A stretch of DNA of 63,875 nt, counting the filler, from Ministeria vibrans ATCC 50519 (lineage: Eukaryota > Protista > Filasterea), in the NCBI GenBank assembly GCA_943704425.1. It is 12 parts of 12 records of this genome, joined end to end, with 100 filler letters (N's around TTAATTAATTAA, not from the genome) between each part and the next. Parts side by side here need not be neighbours in the genome. Positions count along the whole stretch, not along the records: positions 1 to 19,923 come from CALSCP010002502.1; 11 more parts are not named here. One strand, written 5' to 3'. Position 1 is the first letter of the stretch; every line of letters begins with the position of its first letter. Positions 1 through 15,760 of this stretch are shown here, in pieces. The translations under genes and the position numbers were made by a program. Below the pieces are notes generated by a model, which saw only the letters and a list, made by a program, of their open reading frames with translations, did not search any database and had not been told where the DNA came from.

Positions 1-95
1 CCCGGCTGGTACTCGCCAGCAACACACGTGTCGCACGCCGTCTGTCCTTCGCTGCCGGCAAACGTCGTCGCGGCACAGTCGGTGCGGTGACCACC

Positions 96-190
<95 letters not shown>

Positions 191-3100
191 TTGTAGGTTA
201 CCTTGCCGGTAAGCGTGTCGGAGAATCGGTTTTTCCCTGCACCCAACGATCGAAGTCAGCCCACAACGTTTGTGAGCGGGGCCGTTGGCAGCGCGTTCTC
301 GGTGATATGGCCGTGCCAGGCGGAGCCGCTTCTTGCCTGGCTCGTTACCAACGAGAGCGCCATTGCAACCACCTCTCATTTTACCTGGTGTGGTTCTGTC
401 TGCGGTGGTTGTCGCAATGGTGGTGTCTGTGTGCCTACTGCGGGCGGTGGCCAAGATCGCTGCGCCTGCCGCCCGGGCTTCACTGGCGACGGTTGTCAGA
501 CGGCCCCTCTTCCGGGCTTGGACGCTAGCTGGTGGAGCAACGCCGAGTTTGACGGCGTGCCCGTGCTTACCGAGGTTCTTAATACCATCAACGAGTACTG
601 GGCAACATCGGGTGCGCGCCCCGAACTGCCTCTCGAACGCTTTAGCGGTCGTTTTCTCGGTGCCCTCTACATCAATCGAACGGCCGAGTACCGGTTTGAA
701 GTGGGCAGCGACGATGGAATGCGACTGTACGTTGGCAGCGACCATGCGCCCATCGCCTCCTTCTGGGGACCCCGCTCGTTTCGACGTACTCTCGGTCCGT
801 GGGTACAGCTCAATGCCGGCGAGTACTATCACTTTCGCTGCGACTACTACCAGGACGTGGGAGCAGCTGGAATGCAACTGCGCTGGAGCATTCGCGACTC
901 GCCTTTGGCGACCCCCAGCAATCTTGCCGTGGTGCCTGCCTCAGCTTTTTTTCGCATCACCATGCCTCTAGTGGTGCTCTCAAGTGTCACCATCGAGCTG
1001 CTGCCAAAGTCGCAGTATGGCAACTTTAGCGTGTCGCTGAATCAGCCGCCCCTCGGCGACGTTCTCGTGTTGCTCGAGAATGGGGGTTCGCAGTTTCTCC
1101 GTCTCAGCAATTGTTCGCTGCCCTTTGACGCTACCAACTGGAACGTGCCACAAGAGGTCAAGGTGGTGCCCCTCACCGAGGACTTTGGTCTGAACCAGCA
1201 AGCGTCCATCAATGTTAATGTGGCCACGGCGAGTGCCGCGTGGCCCTTCAACTTTTACGCACCCACCATTCTGGCGGTCGACTGCGCCGTCAACGACCCC
1301 TCCTGTTTGCTGCCTGGCGAGCATGTCAACGTCACACTGTCCAAAGGCGCTCCTTTCTTTTGCTCGTCCGCCGGTGACCCTCATGTCAACACGTACCACC
1401 AACACGTACATCATTTTATGGGCATCGGAGACTACTACCTTACGCGCGACCCATCGGGCGTGCTGGCCGTGCAGGTTCGACAGAAACCTTGCGGCGGCGC
1501 GGGTGCCTCGTGTAACACGGCGGTCGCCGTCAAGTATGGCGACTCGGTCGTGTCGGTTGTACTCAACCCATACAACAACGTGCCGATTGTGCGCGTGCGT
1601 AGCGACTCGTTGCTTGCCGGCTTTGCCATCTTTAGCGAGGGAGGCGGCCGAACTTTTCGTCTTGAGCTGCCAAACGGCGCGACAATCGAAATTCAGGCTG
1701 ACCACTGGCGCGCCGATGGCTCCAGCTTTCTCACCGTTGGCGTTCACATGCCTCAGTCGTCGCACGGTTGCCTCTACGGCCTCTGCGGCTCACCCGACTG
1801 CTGTAAGTCATTCAAGGGCTTTGCTGGACGCGACGGTATTCTTTACCAGGACAACCAGGTGAACACATTTGGTGACAGTTGGCAGGTGCCAGCGAACGAG
1901 AATCTTTTTTCGTGGCCTGATAACCAGGCGATCATCGGCAACATTGCAGGGCTTCCGTGTCAGCAACCGCCGTCCCACTGCGCGTTGTTTCCGTGCGCCA
2001 CCAATTTTACCGGCACCGACGAAGACATTGCTGACGATGTGGCAATGTTTTGTCTTGAACATCCCACCGCATGTAACTTCAACGACACCCTGCCGTCAGG
2101 TCCATTGCCGTCGAGCACCCCTTGTGATCCCATCCTGTATTCGAACGCCGTCGACATTTGTCGTGCCTTCTTTAACACAAGTACATTTGCCATTGAGTGT
2201 GGTGCCAGCGGCGTCGACACTCACACGTGGTTTGAGACGTGCGTTGACGATGCCTGTCTCGCCTCGTCGCTTGAGTTTATTATCAGCTTTGCAAGTGCCT
2301 TTGACGATTTGTGCACAACGACAGGCGTGCCTCCCAACTGCCCTCACCAGTGCTCCATGAATGGTGTCTGCGTGTCGGGCACGTGCGTGTGCACACCACC
2401 CTTTGGCGACTACGACTGTAGCCAAAACACGACCGCTCACATGCCGACATGTACCGAGGTTTTCCCCGAGCCCTTTGGTGACATTCGTGTCGGTGGCACT
2501 GTCAAGTACATTGGTCGCGATTTTTACTCGCACCTCTCGTTCACCTGTGACTTTGGCTATATCAATGTTGCGGCGCTGGTGATCAGCGAATGGATTGTAC
2601 TGTGCCCCGTACCGCCCGTGCCCTTTGGACAGCTGCCTTTTGAGGTGCGACTCTTTGCTGATGGTGCCGAGCTGTCGTCTTGCGAAGCGCGCACCTTCAA
2701 CGTCGTCGGCTGCGGCGATGGTGTGGTTGCGCCACCGTTTGAAAAATGCGACGACGGGTTTCCACCTGACACTCAACGGTGCACCTCTGAATGTCAGTGC
2801 CAGGCGGGCTGGTATGGACCATTGTGTGCCACCAATCCGAATGATTGTCCTGCCGTGAACCCGTGTCAAAACGGTGCGACGTGTGTCGACGGGCTTGACA
2901 AGTTCCATTGCGCTTGCCCTCCCGGCTGGTACGGACATTTGTGCGAAGTGGAGCAGGATCCCTGTGCAAGTTACCCGTGCCTCCACGGTGGCACTTGTGT
3001 TGTATCCGGGACGTCATTTGTCTGCATTTGTCCACCATTGCACACTGGTGAGCTGTGTGACACATGCGAACAGGGTGTTTGTCTCAGCAATCCCTGCCAA

Positions 3101-6100
3101 AACGGCGGCTTTTGCGACGAGACGGTCAATGGCTGGCGTTGCACATGCTCGCCCGGCTACACGGGGGTTGCGTGTGAGACGGAAATCAACGAGTGCGAGT
3201 CGTCGCCATGCGTCAACGGCGCCAGCTGTGTCGACCATGTTGCCTCGTTCTCGTGCACCTGTACCTGCGGCTATGAGGGTCTTACGTGCGCCACCAACAC
3301 CAACGAGTGTGCAACTTTTCCCTGTGCCAACGCAGGCACCTGCACCGACCGTGTGTGCGGCTTCTCGTGTGCCTGCTGGGCGGGTTTCACAGGCTCCATG
3401 TGTGAGACCAATGTCGATGAGTGTGCATCATCACCCTGTACAAACGGTGGTACGTGCAGCGACAGTGTCAATCACTTTGCATGTATCTGCCCACCCGACT
3501 TTACGGGTGTTCTGTGCGAGTCAAACATTGACCAGTGTGCCTCGTCACCCTGTGCGAATGGTGCAACCTGTGCCAACGTGGCCACCGCGGCCGGCTACAC
3601 TTGCAACTGTGTGGCGGGCACCACAGGTGTGGACTGCGAGAGCCACGTCAACGAGTGTGCATCGTCCCCCTGCCACAATGGCGGCACTTGCTCCGACGGA
3701 GTCAGCTCGTTTGTGTGCGCCTGCCCATGCGGTTGGGTGGGGGCCAGGTGCGCATCGCCGTTAAACGAGTGCGCATCGACACCTTGCCAAAACGGTGCCA
3801 CGTGTATTGATGGTGTGTGCGGGTATACATGTCAGTGTGTGCATGGATTCTTTGGAGGCGACTGCGAGACAGACATTGATGAGTGTGCGTCGTCTCCGTG
3901 CGAAAATGGTGCCACATGCGAGGCCGCCATTGGTGGCTTTTCGTGCACATGCGCCTGTGGCTATGCGGGCGCAACTTGTGCCAATGACGTCAACGAGTGC
4001 GCTTCCGCACCTTGTCACAATGGTGGCACCTGCGTTGACGGCGTGTGTACATTCACGTGCGTTTGCATCGACGGCTACACTGGCAGCGAGTGCGAAAGTG
4101 ACATTGAGGAGTGCCATTCGTCGCCTTGTGACAATGGTGGCACGTGCACAACAACGGCAGGCGCACCCAACACATACATGTGCGAGTGCCCTTTTCCTTT
4201 CACTGGCGCGCAGTGCGAGACTGACAACGATAAGTGCCTCTCGACTCCCTGTCAGAATGGCGCTACATGTCTGCGATTGCCAGGAGCGGCCGTTGGTCTT
4301 GATGGCTCGTACGCGTGCCTTTGTGCTCAGGGTTACACTGGCTTGGAGTGCGAGACCGACATTGATGAGTGTGCGTCAACCCCGTGCGCCAATGGAGCCA
4401 CTTGTAATGATTTTGTTGCCTCGTACAGTTGTGAATGCGCTTGTGGGTGGTCTGGGCTCCACTGCGACGCGTCTATCGACGAGTGTGCGTCGACTCCGTG
4501 CGTTAACGGCGGCACGTGCATCGATGTCCTATGCGACTTTTCGTGTGTGTGCCCCAGCGGATACTTTGGCAAAGATTGCAGTGGTGACGTGGACGAGTGT
4601 GCGTCGAATCCGTGCCGTAATGGCGCCACGTGCAACGCAGGCGTGGATGTGTTTACATGCGAATGTGCGTGCGGCTGGACTGGAACGCTTTGCAGCGTTC
4701 CTATGGACGAGTGCGTTTCGACTCCGTGTATCAATGGCGGTACTTGCATTGATGCTCAGTGTGATTTTGCGTGTGTGTGTCCCAGCGGATACTTTGGCAA
4801 AGATTGCAGTGGTGACGTGGACGAGTGTGCGTCAAGCCCGTGTGACAACGGCGCCACGTGCAACGCGGGCGTAAACGTGTTTACATGCGACTGTCTCTGT
4901 GGCTACGAGGGCCCAACGTGTGCGGTGGACACCAACGAGTGCGCCTCAAGCCCGTGCGCGCATGGAGGCACTTGCAACGACAATGCTTGCGGCTACGCGT
5001 GCTCGTGTGCCCCTGGCTATACCGGTGTGTACTGCGAGAGTGATATTGACGAGTGTGCTTCCTCGCCGTGTCACCACGACGGCACCTGCAGCATGGCGGG
5101 CACGTCGCCCAGTAGCTTTGAATGCGTTTGCGCTGCAGGGTACACTGGCGTCGCGTGCGAGACGGACGTGAACGAGTGCGAGTCGTCACCGTGTGCCAAT
5201 GGCGGCACTTGTGCAGAGAACGCAATCAGTTCGATTGTGTGCCAGTGTGCCTCGGGGTTTGTCGGCGACCACTGTGAGACGGACGTAAACGAGTGCGTCT
5301 CAAATCCCTGTCAAAATGGCGGCACATGCCTTTCCGATGTTGATTCGTTCAGTTGTGTGTGTGTGTGTGGCTATGAGGGCCCGACATGCGTCACGGAGAC
5401 AAATGAGTGTGCGTCCAACCCGTGTCTCAATGGCGCGGCTTGCGTTGATCTGGTGTGCGGATACCAATGTACGTGTTTGCCAGGCTTTACAGGACTCAAT
5501 TGCGAAAGCAATGTTGAGGAGTGTGCCTCGCTTCCGTGCCAGAATGGCGCGACGTGCGTCGATGCAATCAATACGTTCAGTTGTGCGTGTGATTGCGGCT
5601 GGTCCGGTACCCTGTGTGACATGGCCATTGACGAGTGCGCGTCGAACGCGTGTCTGAATGGCGCCATTTGCGTGGACACCGTGTGCGGCTACTCGTGCCA
5701 GTGTGCTCCTGGCTACTTTGGCGCGCATTGCGAGACTGATGTGGACGAGTGCGCATCGATGCCATGCGAACATGGTGGCTTTTGTAGTGTGCATGCGATC
5801 AACGGTTTCAGTTGTACTTGTCCCCCCGGCTACACTGGGGTTGCATGCGAGACGGACGTGGACGAGTGCTTGTCGTCGCCGTGCGAAAATGGTGGCACGT
5901 GCACCTCAGCGTCGGGTGGTAGTGGCACGTTTGTATGCGACTGTGCCGTGTCGCATACGGGTGCTCGATGCGAGAGCTCTGTCGATCCATGCGCATCTAG
6001 TCCGTGTCACGGTGACGCAACGTGCTCCAGCTTGAACACTCTCTTTTCCTTCACCTGTGGCTGCCCTTGTATGTTTACGGGCACTGTGTGCGACATACCG

Positions 6101-9100
6101 CTTGCGGTAGACGCGTGTGCTTCGTCTCCGTGTGCCTTTGGCTCAACGTGCGTTGCGTCCGGTTGTGGCTTTGAGTGCCAGTGTGCCGTTGGTCAGGGAG
6201 GTGCTCTTTGCAGCGACGCTGCTTGCCTCGTCACGAGTGTAACACAGGTAGCTGTGAGCATGGCGGGCGGTACCGGCGAAGTTGACGTGTTACTCACCGG
6301 ACCCGTGGGGGGTGACGTTCTTGTGAACATTGTCAACAACTTGCCGCAGGCGATTCGTGTCTCGCATTGTTCGTTGCGATTCAACGCGAGCAACTGGCAC
6401 ACAGCACAGAGAGTGTCGGTGTACGCGACAGGCCAGACCAGTGGGGTATTCAACTCCTCGTTGGACTTTGCCGTGGATTCGACGGCCTCGGCGGCGCCCT
6501 ACCACTCGCTCATCAACGCCGATTGCGACTGTTTTGCCACACGAGTGTACATTAGTGGCACGTCTCAACCGATGTTGCAATGTCGCAGCAGTGGTGATCC
6601 CCACTTTACGACATGGGACGGCGCACGCTACGACTTTCAGGGCAGTGGCATTCATTACATGGTACGCTCTCCCGACGGCTTGCTTGCCATCCAGGTGGCC
6701 CATGTTGCCTGTGGCCAGAGCGGTGCGGCAGCGTGCAACCAAGCGGTTGCAGTGCGTCATGGTTCGGCGGTAATTGTCGTCTCGTTGGTGGGCAGCCAAC
6801 CGTCGGTGGTGATTCACGGCGACACTGCCGCGAACGGCCTCGCGCTCGTAAACGAGTCGTCGGACCGATTCAAGATTAGTCTGCCCAACGGCGGCCGCGT
6901 CGCCGGTAAGATTCGCTACAACATTCCCAGCGATTTCTACTATATCAACCTTGACGCGCGCATGCCTCGTTCCCTCGCCGGCTGTCTCTACGGCTTGTGC
7001 GGCACCGCCGATGGGAACAGCGCCAATGAGTACACGGACGCGTTGGGTGTGGTGCACCCGCAGAACGACACGTCGGGACTTGCTTCGTTTGCCACGTCGT
7101 GGTCCGTCGTGCAAAACTCTTCGGAGGATCTCTTTTTGGGTACTTCGGCGTTGCTGCCAGTCTTGCCGAGTCTCACCTGCTCCACCGCCAATGCACCAAC
7201 CTTCCAGTCGTATGTGTGTCCCGTGGGTGGAGTAGAGCCATTTGACGAGGGTGACGTGACGCCGCAGCAGTTGATATTGTGCGAGCAAGTGCCCTCGGCC
7301 TGTCCCTCGGGCATTGCCCCCGTGACACCGTTGACACCCAATGTCACCCTTAGCGAGTGCGACGCCGCGTCAAAGATTATCGACCAGATTGTTAGCGGTT
7401 GTCGTGCGCTCATGTACGAATCGAGTCTTGCACAAGAGTGTATTGCGCTCGGCCTGGTCACCCAGCCCTACTACGACTCGTGTTTGACTGACGGCTGCCT
7501 GAGCGGTGGTCTCACGTTCAGTGTGGCCAGCGCTGGTGACATGCAAGAAGACTGTGAAGATTTGATGGCACAGCCGGCGCAGGATCAGACTGCGCTAAAT
7601 GCAGCTGATCCCTGTTCGTCGAGTCCCTGTGCCTCGGGGGGCACTTGCCACGACTGTCCTCTGTCTGGGTTCCACTGCGAGTGCCTGCCCGGCTTCGAGT
7701 TACCGACTTGCTCGCCGATCGACTTTTGTGCCTCGTCACCGTGTCACTTTGGCACGTGCGTTCTCCATCCGGGAGTTGGATTTTCCTGTGCATGTATCGC
7801 TGACTACACCGGTACGTTGTGCGAGTCTGAGATTGACGAGTGTCACTCGACGCCGTGTGCCAACGGCGGGACGTGTTTCGATGGTGACGGCGTGGCGGGC
7901 CACACGTGTGCGTGTCCTGCTGGCTTCACTGGCACCGAATGCGAGTCGGACGTTGATGAGTGTGAGTCGTCGCCATGTGTGCGCGGTACGTGTGTTGACG
8001 AACCGGCCAATGCGTACCAATGTGCATGTCCATCGGGCACGACGGGCGTTGCATGTGAGTCGGATATCGACGAGTGCGCCTCGTCGCCGTGCATCAATGG
8101 CGCCACCTGTGACACAATCCGTCCGGGCACGCACTTTTGCATCTGCTTACCTGGCTACACGGGTCTTGCGTGCGAATCGGTCATTGACGAGTGTGCTTCG
8201 TCACCCTGTCAAAATGGCGGAACGTGCGGTGACGGTGTTGACAAGTTTGTGTGTGTTTGCGCCGCCGGCTATACCGGTGAGACCTGTGAGACGGACGTGG
8301 ACGAGTGTGCATCTTTTCCGTGCGTCTCCACTGGTGGCACTTGCGTCGATTTGGTTGACGGCTATCGCTGCGAGTGTGCTCCGGGATACACTGGAAATTT
8401 GTGCGAGTCAGATGTTGACGAGTGTCTATCGTCGCCGTGTCTCAATGGAGCGTCGTGTTTCAACACGGTGGGCGACTTCATTTGCGACTGTGTTGACGGC
8501 TATCTGGGGGTTGTGTGCAACTCGACTATGGACACGTGTCTTTCGTCGCCGTGCAGTGCGCTGGGATCTGTCAAGTGCAGCACCTTGCACGACCACACCG
8601 TGTGCCAGTGTGAGGCGGGCTACACGGGCGTTGCATGCGAAACGGACATCGACGAGTGTGCTTCGTCGCCGTGCGGCCCAGGCGCCACTTGTCTGGACGG
8701 CACTGGGACTGGAGTGTACACATGTGACTGCCCGACGGGTCTGATGGGTGCTTTGTGCGAGAGCAACGTTGACGAGTGTGTGTCGCAACCGTGTACCAAT
8801 GGTGGTACATGTATCGACCAGCTCGATGGTTTTGCCTGCGTGTGTCCGTGTGACTACCACGGCACCACCTGCGACACATTTGCACCGTCGTGTGCATCGT
8901 CGCCGTGTCTCAATGGCGGAGTGTGCTCGTTGTCGGGCGCGTGCAGTCACACGTGTACTTGTGTTACGGGCTTCACGGGCGTCTCGTGCGAGACGGACAT
9001 TGCAGAGTGTGCCTCGGCACCCTGTGTCAACGGTGCGACGTGTGTTGAGGGGGCGAGTGCAACGCACAGCTGTGTGTGTGCTCCAGGCTTTTCAGGCGAA

Positions 9101-10642
9101 ATGTGCGAATCGGACGTGAACGAGTGCGAGTCGTCGCCGTGCGGAGTCAACGGCGCGTGTACCAACATGGCGGGCACCTTTCAGTGTACATGTGATTTGC
9201 TTTTCACCGGCACCACTTGTGAGAGTCCCTTTGATCCGTGTACCTCATCGCCGTGTGCTAACGGTGGCTCGTGCTCCTTGACAGGCGGCAGCGTCATGCA
9301 GTGTGCGTGCGCACCGTCATACACGGGTCCCGATTGTCACAGCTATGTAGACTCATGCGCGTCGTCGCCATGCTACGGCACGGCTACTTGCATTGAGAGT
9401 GGCATGGGCACCTTCATGTGTGCGTGCCCCACGGATCGCACGGGTCCTCAATGCGAAACAGGTGTGCTTCCACCTCTCGAGTGTCTCCTGCAGTGTCCCG
9501 ACCAGTGCAGTGGGCAGGGCGAGTGTGTGCACGACCAAGTGGCGAACACATGCGGGTGTCAATGCAATGCCACCTACCAGTTACCTGCGTGCACCCATGT
9601 GGTGGTGCCACGCGTTGACTTTATGGGCACCACATCGGGTCGTGTTCCTTTCCCCATTGTGTACTTTTTTGGCCATGGATTTATTCGTGAAACGTGGGGG
9701 AGCTTTTCGTGTCGCTTCTTCTCGTGGGTCGGCGCTCAGCCGGGCGAGTTTCACGACGTGCCTGCTGTTGTGCTCAATCAGTTCCAGGCGTTTTGCTTTG
9801 TACCTCCCACCAACGCGATTATTCCTTGGGGTCCCGTGTCGGTGTCGCTCCACTCAAGTGTGGGTGGCATTGCGTCTCGACGACGTGTCACGTCGCGCGA
9901 GAATCTTCTTACCTTTGACCATGTTGGCTGTGGCGACGGCCAACTCTTGCCGTGGGAACACTGCGACTCTCAGCCCAACTGTTCGCCTCACACGTGCTTT
10001 TGTTTGCCAGGCTATGAGTCGCCTCCGTCCGCCAGCTCGAGTCAATTGTGCTCGGTGGACCCGGTCGACGAGTGTCTTTCGTCGCCCTGTCGGAACGGTG
10101 CCTCGTGCACTTCGTCGGGCCTCGTGTACACGTGCGCGTGTGCCGACAACTTTGCGGGCAGCGACTGCGCCGAGTGTGCACCGGGTTTCTACCCGCCTGG
10201 CGTGTGCAACGTGGATCCTGACGAGTGTGTGTCGGATCCATGTGAGAATGGCGGCACCTGCACATCGCAGGGACTCAACATGGCCTGCGCATGCACCAAC
10301 ACGTTCACGGGTACCATGTGTGAAACGGAGGTGAGTGGCTCGCCCAGCGGCCTTGGTGTGGAGCCCACGGTCATTTTGCCGGCCATTGTTGCCGTGGGTG
10401 TCGTCTCTTGCGTGGTGCTTCTGGCCATTTTTGCCGTGAAGAAGCACAACCGCGCGGCTCTCGAGAAGCAGCGCGTGGCGGACCTCATGACGGCCAATGC
10501 GGCCATGGCGGTCGACGAGGCGACCATGTTGAATCAGTCCAGTGGAAGCTCGTCATCGTTCCTGGGATCGGAAGAGGACGACGAGTGGGCGGGCACCTTC
10601 TCGACGACCTACGAGTCGCCGTGGGCCTTTACTGCCGTGTAA
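1..10642 (+). CDS. Giant single-pass EGF-rich surface protein, 5' partial: IPT-like, EGF, PA14, Ig-like, VWD(GDPH)+Cys-rich, IPT, 29 EGF, Ig-like, VWD(GDPH), 16 EGF, IPT, EGFs, TM, short tail
   Basis: Exon 1-81 joins in phase 0 through a GT..AG intron (82-196, CT microsatellite) to a 10.4-kb exon. PA14 motif GSDDGMRLYV; two GDPH VWD starts (~1373, ~6593); about 50 EGF repeats (D-x-D-E-C-x-S-x-P-C-x-N-G-x-T-C); hydrophobic TM segment ~10366-10437; C-terminus FTAV. Confidence 0.9.
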
Positions 10643-11078
10643 TAATATCTTAACAACAATAAAATTATTAAAATAATACATTTAATTTAATCCTAATAAT
10701 AATTTTATTGGAACTTCAAAAATGTTCCATTTATCTGAATTGTGTTAAAATTCTAATACAGTAATGCTCTTTTTCAATACAGTTTATCTTCACTGAGGTG
10801 AGATGATTTGACGTAAGAATAATACAACTAACCTGGTTGGTTTCCTGTGTGAGTTTGTGTGGCCACCTGTGCGTAAGTGAGGAATCTCATTAGTCAATAG
10901 TCAAATAAGTCAATTTATTATTACCCCATAATCCATATCTACGTGACTATGTCCTCTGGAGTTTTGGATGGCTCTGCACGCAAGGTGAAAAATATTTATT
11001 ATTTTTATTCATCATAAATCAATATTCATAATTTTTTTATTTTTTTTTCTCAACCTCCACTTGAAGTAAATTCTCACC

Positions 11079-14644
<3,566 letters not shown>

Positions 14645-14842
14645 TAGAGACTGCGCTGAGAAAGATAGAGAGAAGAGAGAGAGGGAGAGAGAAATGGCGT
14701 GTGTGAGTGAGAAAATGTGAGTAAAAAACTATTGAAACAAAAATACTTTTCGCTTTCTAACTGGTGACCATGTTGAATAATAAAGATTTTGAAGTTTACT
14801 TTATAATATTATTATAGTAGAATAGAATAATAATTATTATTA

Positions 14843-15124
14843 TTACATAGGATGAGAAAGAACAAACTCTTTCGCCTCGGGATTAAGACGGGAAGTGGAT
14901 ATGTCGAGAGTGGGAAGAGGGAAGATGTGAGAGGGGCGACGGAGAGAGCGGGGCAGAGTAAAACCACGATTGGAGGCGAGTGTAGGGCCACGAGGGAGAC
15001 GATGGACAGCACTGCAGTTGTCGGACAAAGGGGCAGCTACTGAGGTGGCGGCGGCAGTTGTGGTGACGGTGGTGGCAGTGGTGGAGAAAGGGCGATGGCG
15101 GAGCACAAGGGATTGGTGGGTTGG

Positions 15125-15155
<31 letters not shown>

Positions 15156-15729
15156 GTGGGGAGAGGGAAGTGGTGGGAAGGAGGCGGAAGGGACATGGGG
15201 CGAGCGGTGTTGGCGTGGCGGTGGGCTGCACTGCTCGAGAGGGAGTTGGCGCGCCATCGGCTGGTTGGGGCGGTGGCGGAAACAGCGGTGGAGCCAGTGG
15301 CAACGGACGAGGAGGCGAGGGGCGAGGGAGGCGGATCGCGGAAAACCATAATGTAGCGATTGTCGCCGGAGCCAAAACTGCGATGACCCAGGCCCAAATG
15401 CTGGGCGACAAAGTGGACGATTTTGCGGTCTTGGGAGGTGAAAGAGGGAGGAAAGACATACTCGTATGGGCGTTGGGGGTCGTTGCAGAAACTGCAGAGC
15501 TGTTCGTATATATAATGTGTGTGTGGAGTGCGGGGCATTTTAGAGTAGAGGTCGTCGAGAGAGGCGGAAGAGAGAGAGGAAGCAGCGGGAGAGGAAGAGG
15601 GTAAGGAGAGATGATTTGGAGAGGCAGATGTAGCGGAGGGAGCAAGAGTGGAGGTAGGGGGAGAGATAGTGGAGAGGGGGAGAGAGGTGGAAGCGGCTGC
15701 ATCAGCAGAAGTAGCAGCAGCAGCAGCAG

Positions 15730-15760
<31 letters not shown>

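Noticed and set aside
1-10642. Calling the EGF protein Notch, Delta or Crumbs
   Set aside because: No LNR, ankyrin, DSL or laminin-G domains are visible
307-10653. Numerous overlapping alternative-frame ORFs in the EGF gene
   Set aside because: Shadows of GC-rich, Cys-rich repetitive coding sequence
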